Below are positions 35,356 through 46,244 of a DNA stretch of 64,000 nucleotides, piece after piece. The stretch spans positions 62,001 to 126,000 of the forward strand of contig RSEE01000039.1 of assembly GCA_003971905.1 (NCBI GenBank). The letters run 5' to 3'. A model generated the notes under the pieces. It searched no databases. It was not told the origin of the DNA and saw nothing but the letters and a program-made list of their open reading frames with translations. Both the position numbers and the translations under genes were made by a program. Origin of the DNA: Moniliella sp. 'wahieum'. Lineage: Eukaryota. Numbering within the stretch: position 1 is the stretch's first letter; each line of letters begins with the position of its first letter.

Positions 35356-38058
35356 TGTCTCGGACTCATCATCACCAGCAGGCAATCGGATCCTCGCCAC
35401 TAAACCCGTATGGGCACTATGGCGTGATTCTTATCAGTTGGGAGATCCTGTGTCCACCTCTCGACTGTGCCCCCTTCCTGAGGAGGTACATATACCTCCT
35501 CTGCGTCCATAGATGTATGCAATCCATCTGCGCCCTTTCCCCATCTCCGTATCCGACAGGTTAGATCCCACTCAGCCTTCCAGGCTCGCGAGCCCCCGGC
35601 GGACATCTCTCCTCGGCCTCGGCCGCCCTCCTCCCCGCCCCGATGTCCGCCCGTCCGCACGGCACACTGCCGCCGTGCGCTGACTTCTACCAGGACGCCT
35701 TGCAGGTCGGCGTCAGGCCCCTCACCCCCCCCCCCCCCCGTGGCCACTGGCCCCCCGCGGACCCCCTCCCCGCCACGGCGCGTGAGCCGGCCCCTTCCGT
35801 TCCGGAATCCCTACCCCTGGCCTGGCCGTGACCGACGCTCGCCCGCCCTCGTCACCGCCACTATTCAGGCCCTCCTCCCCTACCTCAACTTCCCCGCCCA
35901 CCCCACCCCTGCTGCCCGCCGCTCCGCCACTCCCCCCTGCCCCCACGGAGGCAACCCCCGCGGACGCCGCCTTCTCCGGCAGCAGTACTACCCCCTTCCT
36001 CCCGGACGTCATTGCCCCCAACACTGCCGCCGCCATTGCTGTTCCCCTCTCCCGGTCCAAGCACCCCGCCGCTGTTGGCCTCGCCTCACGTCCTCCCTCC
36101 TTACGGTCCGCCCTTTACTGCCCCCCTCATAGGGCATGTCCCGCGACGCTGCCAGCTCCGGCAGCCCCTCTTCTCCCCCATTTTTCCCCCCAATCGCGCC
36201 TCGGGATTTCGTTTCCCCTGCCGTTCATCTCGGCCACCTCGCGCGTTCCCCAAGAAAGCCACTGACGTCTTCGGTAGGCACCTCGGTGCCACTCCTCCCC
36301 CTATTACCAAGGCGCAAAATTGCTTCGCCCCTTTGCCCCGCAAGCCGCTGACCCGCTCGGTCGCTGCCCTGCTGTTCGGATGCCATTGTTGCACGCGTCA
36401 AGTTATGGCATGAACGTGCCATGCATCTTCCCGTTCACAAGCTTCCGGGGCTCACCGCGGCCCTCTCACCGCTGAGCGAGTTACGCACGATGACGTGCTC
36501 GCCGTGAAGGCCGCTGGCTGGCACTGCCCGGCGTGTGACTTAGTTCCCTCTGAACCAATGCCACCCTTGCCTCAGCTGGGCCTGCACCAGCCATTTCCCT
36601 TGCACACGCTTGCTGCTGACGTGTTCGACGACTTCGGCACCTCTCCCAGCGCAACGTGTGCTCTCATCGTCCAAGACCATGACTCGCGTTTCATCTGGTC
36701 TATCCCCCTCAAGTCCAAGACAGACGCCGCTGATGCACTGCAAGCCCACATTGAGTCTCTCGAGCAGCAATTCTCTCATCGCAACCTCAAGGTGGCCCAT
36801 TTGTGGACCACGAGCAGGACCGAGTTTGATCCTATCTCACCCTGGCTCCGCTCTCTGGGCATTCGGCACTGCCGGGCGACCGACGATGACCCTGCCGGCG
36901 TACTCAACCGCGTGCACCTATTGCTGAACAACCTTGTTCAAGCTGCATTGCCTGCCCTCTCCGCTGGCCCAACTTGCTGGCCTGCAGCTCTTGCTCAGGC
37001 CGCCACGGTCATCAACGCCTTGCCGCACCCGTCCTGCTCCAATGCCACCCCGCATCAGCGTATGTATGGCTGTTCTCTCGATGTTCCAGCCCTGCATCCC
37101 TTCGGCTGCCAGGCTCATGCCGAGGACATGAGCTCAGCTGCTATACATCTTGGCTTCAATTCGACGACGCGTCGGTGGCTTCTTCGCGTCTGCCGCAACG
37201 GTAAATGGACAACTACCGAGTCAAACAATGTCCGTTTCCAGGAAAACGACTATGGCCCCCTGTGGTCGCTTCCTCTCCCGCGCCTCCTCTTGCCCCGTTC
37301 ATCGCAGAGGACTGCTCAAGTGGGAAACCCAAAGCCTAGCGCCCGTCGCCTCCCTCGGCGGCGCGCTACCCCTCATCCACCATCGATGCCGACATGCACA
37401 TTCCTCCTGCCCCTGCGGGACGCCGCTACCGCTTGAGGAAAATGAGAGGACCGCGCTTGGCTACGCCTCCAGCGTCACCAAGTGCAACTCCAAGCATGCG
37501 GGCCAAGACACACACTTTCCCGTCGCCTTGCATTCTCTCTTTGTTTTCTTATTTGGCTTTGTCGCATCATTGTCGCTAAGTCGTCCGCATCGCCCTCGCT
37601 TGCGACGTCTGCGCCTTCATCGTACCCACATCCGGTACAAAGAGACGAACGCCGGTATGCTTCCTCTCAGGTCCAGCCCTTCCGACCTGACATGCGCATT
37701 GTTCTTTCTCTTCTTTCCTTTTCCCTTTTCTCACCCTGATCTCTGTTCCTTTGGTTCGGTGGGAGGTGACTTGTCCACTCGTTACCATCGACTTCGTCCT
37801 CTGTTTCACGAGTTGGCCATCGTTGAAGGAGACCCAAAGGTGTCCACAGGATCGGTGGGAGTGTCAGACTCACGCCGTGCTAGGGGCTCCTTGGCCACTA
37901 GACCCGTATGGGCACTATGGCGTGATTCTTATCAGTTGGGAGATCCTGTGTCCACCTCTCGACTGCTGCCCCTTCCTGAGGAGGTACATATACCTCCTCT
38001 GCGTCCATAGATGTATGCAATCCATCTGCGCCCTTTCCCCCATCTCCGTATCCTGACA
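35356..38058 (+). mobile_element. Non-autonomous Ty1/copia-derived LTR element (about 2.7 kb)
   Basis: LTRs of about 200 bp at 35356-35558 and 37862-38058 (TG..CA, near-identical over the 3' 165 bp); PBS-like GGTTAGATCCC at 35559; purine-rich GGATCGGTGGGAG before the 3' LTR; internal integrase ORF; no full RT; no TSD. Confidence 0.88.
36403..37436 (+). CDS. Copia-type integrase homologue, predicted catalytically inactive
   Basis: LWHERAMH..CPAC zinc-binding module (one frameshift); rve core LAADVF..IVQDHDSRFIWSIPLKSKTDA..LRSLGIRH..WPAALAQAATVINALP..TPHQRMYG..LHPFGC; C-terminal IHLGF..ESNNVRFQE. Confidence 0.82.
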
Positions 38059-41000
38059 CGCGTCGAGGCGTGGAGTGGGGCGGGGGGTGTAAGTAAAACA
38101 CTACTAATGATGATGTGGTATACCAAACGTGACCTATAAGTGTGCGAAGCACGATCGTTTGCCTCTACTTGGCCTGTCCATGCCAGGCCACTTCTTTCTT
38201 ACCTCTCCACATATCGATCCTATCCGCTATATCACCTCCTGTCTCTCTTGATAGCTTTTCTCAGTACTGCGGATGAAGTTCTTTTCTTTTGGGGCGTTTT
38301 CATGGCATGGTTGCTTCATCGCGCCCTTTCGCGATAAATCATTCCTAGGAATGGCCCAGGACAAACGAATCCGGTTCGCGTATGCGCGCATTGTCTGGCA
38401 GGATGATGGCTGGGTCTGAGCTCCAGGACAGCTGTCAGCAAACGCGCCTACGGACCATCCTGGTGGTCGCCACAACACCGCGTTCCTTCTTGGCCGCTGT
38501 CGTCCTAGTAGTTTGTGTCGCTTTCCTGCTGTTGCGCTAGTGGCGGTCCCGGCATGCCGAATTCGAGGGCGCTTACGTACCAATCACCGATCGCTATGCA
38601 GTGACCAACTGACCGTTCCGTCCCATCACCCATCATAATGCATGACACATGGTGGTCCAACTGCGCAAGCCACTTGCGCCGTGTGGCACAGGGTCAGTGT
38701 TTTCGGTGTACCTTTCAGCTGGCTAGGGTTGGTGTTGTGCTTGTTTGCAGCGACTCCGTTGCTGAGGTCTGAGCCTCAGACTCCATATTTAAGCAGGCCA
38801 CCATCCTCGTCATCACCACAAGCTTCATGTGCTGAAAGTCCTGTGCGAGGTGTGCTGGAGCTCAACGTTCGCTCACCATGCGCACTGCTTAATGCTGCTG
38901 GTGCCCCCAGTCTTTCATTCTTCGGTTCCGCCTGTCTCCCTGCGTTCACCCTCAGCTGAGCCAGTACGTGTGCCGTTGCCTTTTGGTACCGGGTTGTGTG
39001 TCCAGGAATAACCATTATCTCGCAGCGCTTTTTTGTCGATGCTTTGAGAGAGTTCACTTGGGTGGGAGTACCGCTGTGGCCTCAATCGCAGAGATGAGAC
39101 GGAGTCGGGAGCATGCCCCAGTCTGGTCGCTGATCTGGACCCGTTGAGGTTCGGAACGTGACATGAAGGCTGCTTTTGGCTCCATCGTGCTGGGGTGATT
39201 GACGACAGCCCCTTCCCCCCTTCCCCCAAGTGCACAGAGTACACCATGATCGTCGACCCGATTCCCCCACCGTTGAATGGAGTCTCTGGCTACGCGCAGG
39301 CCGTTCTGCCCCGCTCATCAGACTATTCAGCAAGTCGACCACGGGGGTGACACGGTGATCGTATCCCGTCCCTGGGGCGAGGGGCAGGTCACTCTATCAT
39401 GGCCACATCTGGCCTCGAAGCGGAATATGCCCGCGACGAGCGATGGCGCGCGAGACGCGTTGGCACCCATGGAATATCTTCACGGACTTCACGCACTTTT
39501 CTGCCTAGTCGTGCTGGACCGCCAAGATTGAGCTACGCTGGTGACACCCTAACTGGACATGGGGGGCGCTGCCCACGAAGAGGGAACTTGACTCCTACCA
39601 TCAAGTTATTTCTTGCGTTACAACCCCCAACGGTACCTCAATCGGTCGCCCGTGCGAAGTACATACAACATGCATCATTATATTCCTGGCGAAGACGGGC
39701 GGACGATCCCGACGGCGTACCCACAAGGTTCCTCCGTCTCTCTTGCTTGGGTTATGTCTGCCTCACGAACGGATTATCTCGTCGAGCGAAACGATGTACT
39801 TGGTGCTGTCGAAATGGTGCAGTTTCCCTTCGACCTGTTCGCCTGGGCCCATCAGCCTTATCAGCCATACGGCGGTGGTTATTTGTGCGCTGCTATTCGG
39901 GCCTGCTTCCAATCCTTTCATATGTTGACCTATTCGATCGCCAATGTCGAACTCCCTCATTTGTGCGTTTCGTTTTCGTCCGGAGGCTTTTCCCCACTGC
40001 ATTTTCTGGCTGAGACTGGGGTGCTTCCCCCTTTTGGTCCCTGTTCCTTTTGTTGCGGGCTGCGGGCCTTATTGTTTACACTCACAATTTCTCTTTTTTG
40101 ATGGGCCCTGGCGTCTTGATTGCGGTCGACAGTGGTGCAATCGCACTAGTGGTGTGGTGTTGGCCATCCAAGTCAGGCTATCATCCCCACAGGGTCATCA
40201 TGCGGCCAGTCGTCATCAGGCCTGATCGCGCTGCATGTAAAGCAGAAGTGCGAAAACAGCGGTGCCCCACAAGGCCGCAAGGGGCTGACGGGATCATGGC
40301 CAAAATCCAAGAGCTATCCTGCAACGCTCACAATTTATTTTGTTGCCTATTCCTCTACAGGCTTCATTGTCTTTGCAACTTGTTCGTCGCCTCTTCCGGG
40401 TCATCGATCCTCTTTTCCATCGCCATCCTTCCGACAATTCATTCTCAAAATCCAAGCAAATCCTGCCTTTTTAGTATCTCATGCAGTCCCACAGTCCCCA
40501 GTTTCTGGTGGGATCAACTTTTGGTCTTCTAACCTTTTCCTCTCGACCGCGTATGGCTCACACTCAAATCGAGGCTTCGTGATAGAATTTTGACTATACA
40601 TAAAGTTTCCATGGGAAGAAATTCTGAGCAGTTATGCCGGCATCCTCATCTATATTGTCGGTGAACTCCAAATCCCGAAAGAAATGTCGTTACGTGTCAG
40701 ATCCAGAGAACGGAAATGTGTCCGTCGGGACGAGCCTGGTTAATGCTGCGGCAGAGACACTGTTACGTAACAATAATTGTGCACTAGGCCAGTCTGGTAC
40801 GTAATGAGTGGGGAAATCGCGGTCCATGTTAGGGTTACACGACCCCGCGGGCACTGGCGTTGTGAGCGTCTGCTGAGCGAGGGTGGCGTGAACAACACAC
40901 ACCACCGCCGGGGCGTTCCTTACAACCGACATCGGCCAGCAGCGTTTTCGCTCTGAGCTCTGCCCAACCAGCTCCGCCTCCGCCCGCTGTGGTCTACGCT

Positions 41001-41060
41001 TTGCCATCTGCGGGAACAGCACTCAGATTGCCGCCTGCTCTATCCGCTTCTACCACAGCC

Positions 41061-43655
41061 ATGCCTCCATCTGGTGCTGCTGACGCTGCGGCGAGCGCTC
41101 TCGCCGGTGTATCCACCGTCACGCCAACTCCAAGCCAGGTTACTGAAGTGAACTACGGGCGTGTGCCCGTATACGAGGCAAAGGTGGGCAACATTGCGTG
41201 CATGCGCCGGAAAACCGATGGATACTTGAACGCGACCCAGATCCTGAAAGCTGCTGGACTGGGGCCTAACGAGTGGAAGGGTATACTGAAAAAGCTCATC
41301 CTCACTTGCAAGTATGACAGGGTGAAGGGCAGCCCCATCCAGTGCCAGGGCACATGGATTCCGCTTGGCCCTGCAGTCCAGCTGGCACTTCAGCACAATG
41401 TTGCCCATCAACTCCAAATGCTTCTAGGGTTTGATTGGCCTCCACCAGAAACAACGCGCAACGTTGTTGTGGAGGTTGCCCCGCCGCCACCACCACCACC
41501 ACCTGTCACACCCACATCCACGCCTACGCTCTCAGTTCCTCGGGGTTTCCCTATCGCCTCTGTCGAACCTGGCTCACACCCCCTCACCGCCGCTCTCGCT
41601 GCGTCACAGGGCACCGAACCGGGAATAACCCGTCTCCGCCGCGATGCACGCTTTGCTGCCGTCTGCCAATCCCTCTCGGCTTTCCGGCCACTCCTCGGGT
41701 CTGCCACCATGTCACCGTGGCAACTGGAACAGGATTGGTGAATGGATCGGCTGTGCGCACAGCCGAGATAATTCGCCTGCTGATGCGCTTCCTCACTCCG
41801 GAACCGTCTCGTCTGAAACATGGCTCAGCACCCTGCGGGCTGAATACGAGCGCCGTATGCCTTCGCATTCTGCTTGGCTCAGATCGGACGAGCACCCACG
41901 CACGTTTGCCTCCCTGTCCCGTCCCATTCAACTAGGAATCCTTCATGATGTCACTTCCTGGATCTCCGAAACGCCCGACTGCCTCCATACGGTGACTGAG
42001 GAAAGTCTTGTTCAACACGAGCAAAACGACCCTATAGGGTCTGATCGGAACGGGAACACGTACTACCCAATTGGCACGCGCTTATGGGTACTCTATGCCC
42101 ATTGGGGAAGCCCCAGCAGCCAACGGAAGCGGAGGCACCAGGAGACTCAGAGGACTCAGAGGACTCAGAGGACTTGGAGGATCCTGTGAAGGGGGTGCAT
42201 CTTCCTGAATTACTACGACCACTCGAGTCGGAGCCGTCGTCAGAAACCCGGCTCATTCACCAACCAAGATGGAAATGGTGTCCTCACAACAGGCACCTAA
42301 CCCCTGGCCCCATCAAGATTCGAATGCAGTGAGGATGGTGGGGAAGACACATATTCTGATGCCCTACTGACTCAGCAGGGCCGTCCGTCGACGGACGCCT
42401 ACTCATCCAAGTGTGATGACGGTATCGTCGTTGATCCTCCCCCTGCAGAGCAAGGGACGGCGATACCCTCTCGTTCACATATGCCGTGCCCGGAGGCAAT
42501 GTTGAGTCCTGAGCACCATGTTGGTCCGGACGCCAACGATATGGTGCCAGGAGCACAGTCGGAAGTGGAAACGGCGTGCTGCACTCTCATGCCGACGCGG
42601 AAAAGCTCGCACAGTTCCAGCAATGGGACAAACAGTACGCATTGGATACTGCAGCGCTCGAAGCTCCACTCGAGGGGAGTGTGGAAATGGAGGTGGTCTG
42701 CTGCGCACGGTCCGAGTGGGAAGCCTTCTTTTCCGCCCTTTGCCCACCAAGGAAGAAAAAAGGCAAGAGGAGGAGGAAGCAACACCCGGACGAGGTGGCC
42801 ATGTTCACATGTTTGTCCGCGCGCTTGGACAAAATATTAGCGGATGTGGATGTCCAAGCCAAGGCCGAGAAAATGGAGGCAAATCAAGCCCGCGCTCAAC
42901 TCATGGAGCTTTTCCAGGGCACGGAAGCGATCTTGCCGCACCGTGGCTCAAGAGCAAATGCGGGTTGAAGACCAAGACAAAGGGAGGTGGATACTACGCT
43001 TGAATCCAGGAGGAAGAAGGCCCGGAGCGCAGGCCAGGACGGAGAAAAGGAGGGCGCTGCAAGTGACCCAGGCTAAGAAGGAGAGGGCCCTACAGCAGAC
43101 TTCGGCCAAAAAGGAGCGAGCGGCAGCCCAGCGCAAGTGGTTGAAGGCGTGGCGGGCAACTAGAGGCGAACAAAGGAAGGCGGTGCTGTAAGACCATGGC
43201 AATATTGCCAGGGAGATCCCGCTCATTTCCTGGACCCGATAAGCCAGAAGCTAGAGCAGCCCACACCGAGGGATCCCACTGCATCGCTCGCTTCTAAACC
43301 CAAGTCAGCGGCGACAACAGCACCAAGAATGGTGACCTATGACTGTGAGGTCTGTGGCCGCACGGGACAGTTTTCCCTCGATGTTCGAAAGTGGCCGATG
43401 CTAGAGTGCGCCGTGGTGTGGCATCAGGCAGCATACCCGCTGCTGGAACAACTATCTAATTCGTCAAAATGTTTCTCCGATCAACTGGCGTGCCAACGCC
43501 TTTTATTGTACACGTCATCGTCCCGAGGCCCTCCGAAAGCGCGACGGCGGTGTTCCGGAACTCCCCGAGGAGGAACTGCGAAAGAGGCGAAGCGCCAAAC
43601 GCTTACTGTATATGGATCGGCGCCGTCAAAAAATGCGCGCCGATATGCTCCGTGA
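41061..43655 (+). CDS. APSES (Mbp1/Swi4-type KilA-N) domain fused to a DDT/WHIM1-WSD-PHD module; frameshifted, 3' end approximate
   Basis: APSES: VYEAKVGNIACMRRKTDGYLNATQILKAAG..QGTWIPL..A.QLA. In the same ORF: LRRDARFAAVCQSLSAFRPLLG..LEQD. Then ETWLSTLRAEYERR..FASLSRPIQLGILHDVTSW, PIGSDRNGNTYY..RLW, EVVCCARSEWEAF..HPDEVAMF, a coiled coil and YDCEVCGRTG..MLEC..VWH. Confidence 0.75.
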
Positions 43656-44660
43656 TCAGGCCACCGATGCTCTACCGCTTCCTCAGAAGCAGTTGTCAAC
43701 GAGGGGTTCCAAATTTGTGACCCCCCCTCCGTCCGCTCAAGATATGTTCTCGCCATTGCGTTGTCGGAGGATCTTACTCCATCCCCCTCCCCTTCTCCGT
43801 CATCCTCCATGGACTGCACACTTCCCGTGCCACATGATGTCCAAACACCGACGGCATAGAGCCACATGCGTTTGGCAGCATCGCGTGAAGGGTGTGATAA
43901 GGGTACACGCCTAGCTCCTCCTCCCCCTTCCTCCAAGTTACGTGCGACATTCGTGAAGAAGGCCGCTTCACCTGTCCGCAACTTCACGTGGAGGAACATA
44001 CCATGAAGTCGCTAAAATCACAAGTTGTGAGAACCCCTACCACCCTACCCGTGGTATGTTCCTTATGTGCTTTCGAAGCCAAAGTTCTCTGAAATGCCCC
44101 CTATGGCCACTGTCCACCGAATTCACCTTCCCCCCCCCTCCATAATGTCTACCGCGTGCTCTTTCACCTCGTCGATCAGTTTCAATCCTTGTCGGTCTAT
44201 ATGCGGCGGTGGTTCGCAGGATTGTGATGGTGTTACCGGTTGTGGTTACACCCGCATTATGGTCGGAACAAAATGGCTTGCGGGTAGCGGTGGATGGGAT
44301 AAAACTGAAACCATCCACAAACCCCCCGTGAGCGCTGAGCAGACCAAACCTTCGTGAATAAACAAGGCATCACCAGTCTCGAGATCCACCGTGTCCATCC
44401 GTATAGCGCGTCACTCGTCGCGCTTCCGACATCCGAACCGGATGGGGTATGTCCGTGGCGAGAATTTCAGACCGTTTCCTGACCTGGCTGCGTACTCTCT
44501 CACTTAGTATATCAACGATATGAAAATCGATGAGAGCGGCACGAACGAAGATTGTGCGAGAAGCTTTCGTGGGCGAATAGTCTCTGGATACTGTATCGGG
44601 TTGTAATAGTCCGGCTGATCTCGTCATCCTAATTTCCAATTTCTTCGTCTCGAGCGTTTC

Positions 44661-45718
44661 TGTTACGATGCATCCGGTTATCTTCTGACGCTGAGCCCCG
44701 CATGTCGAAGACATCTCAGCCCAATACACGTCAGTCTGTTTTAGACTAGCGAGAGAGAGCCAGTCGACACCTTATCCTGCTGCGCGGATATCATCCGTCG
44801 CCCGCCATGCCGTCGATGGGCTCATTGGTACACGATGCTTTGTGCCCATTGCACCCAGTTAGTGACAGAACCCTTCCTGCTGTGCCCGACTATACGCACC
44901 GTCAGTGACTTTCAGCGCATGGGCTGTGCATTTTTAGTCTTAATCTCTCAGGAAAAAGTGCCCCGCATTCTGTCACAGTCGGGGCTAAGGCGAGGGAGAC
45001 CAGGATCGGACTAGGCCAAGGGGGGTGTAGCAATCGTTCGTGGGGAAGAAACAAGAACAGAGGACATGGTGCGAAGTGGAAGGAACAGGGAAGGAGCGAG
45101 ACGCTCGAGACGAAGGAAGAAATTGGAAATGGGAGCGAGATCAGCCAAACTATGACACATTCCGTCTATATCTGTCATGCATCATGCACATCATGGGGCA
45201 CTTGAGGCCTGGTTTCTTCTGTTGTAGAGAAGCAGCCATGTCTAGGCTTGCTGGCTGTGGTCCTTGTTGACCATCCTCTGTCTTTGGTCTGCCCGACTAC
45301 CCGTTCCTCTCTCGCTCTTCCACCTTCTATACCACTGCCCTTATACGCTTATTACGAAATTCCGACTTACGTCGAGTACACTGCAAGCCGCGGTTACCCT
45401 CATCAGTGGCGCTTTTGCTCTTCTTTAGGACTCTGTCTTCTGTTCCCGCCCACTATACAGCGTACAGAGCATGGTAACGCGAGCTCCTGGGCCCCTTCAA
45501 CTGGTCTAACGACCTACGTACGCGGCTCCTACCTCGGACTGTCTGAGCTGCCGCCTTTGCACGCAGGCAGCCACCCAAACTAGACAGTCTCTCCTCTTAC
45601 CGCTCGGTTCAACCAGGATCTGAAGCAGGACCTAACGTACGAGACACCTATTGGCCTGTCCAAGGGTTTATACCCCAAACTACAGGGGGAGTCCCATCTC
45701 GGGACCCCCCCTATGATA
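44661..45718. mobile_element. Second, diverged copy of LTR family A, interrupted by a nested LTR
   Basis: TGTTACG start; shared blocks with 34067-34925 (gacgctgagccccgcatgtcg, gactagcgagagag, ctggtctaacgacctacgta, gctcggttcaaccaggatctg); ends ATGATA; no TSD. Confidence 0.9.
44971..45157. mobile_element. Nested short solo LTR, family C (187 bp)
   Basis: TGTCA...TGACA termini; TSD CATTC at 44966-44970 and 45158-45162; absent at the equivalent site of the 34067-34925 copy. Confidence 0.9.
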
Positions 45719-46244
45719 AGATTCTTAACTCTCCTCAATGCGAACACGTGGCATGAATGAGATGCAAAACCTTGCAGAACCCCATTTCGATGCCTTGTCG
45801 TGTTTTTCTGGGACCAATATTAGTCTCGATAGGCAGAAGACTGTCGGAGAGAGTGGTGTGTATAGGGGGGCATTGCGTGTGGTAGTTTCTTGGGTTACCG
45901 GTTACATGGTTACCGGTTACCGGAGACACAGAAGGGTGACCGGTGATGTGTGATATGTGATATGTGCTGTGTGATATATTGCATGGCGGTTGAAAGTTGA
46001 AACGAAGGCGGTGTGGCGGAACGCGGAACACTTGCTTGCACGCCTCCCCGTTTCCGCACGCGGCACGGGCATAGCTAAGGTGTGGGCAGTAACTAGTAAC
46101 TGGGGTAACCCCACACCCTAGCCCGCCCTGTCCAGTCTGCCCTCTGCCATCACAAGGCCCTACCACCTCCCCCACCTCCCCCACCTCCACCGCCTCCACC
46201 TGGCCGTGGGGCATTAAAATACATTACCTTGTTTCCACCCGACC

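Noticed and set aside
38100..40700. Coding-like fragments in the middle of the island
   Set aside because: Many stops in all frames and no identifiable transposase, RT or other domain.
34067..45718. One 11.6-kb LTR retrotransposon carrying the APSES gene between the two family-A LTRs
   Set aside because: The left copy has its own TSD (GCTTA) on both sides, so it is an independent solo LTR. The copies are also clearly diverged and the outer flanks do not match.
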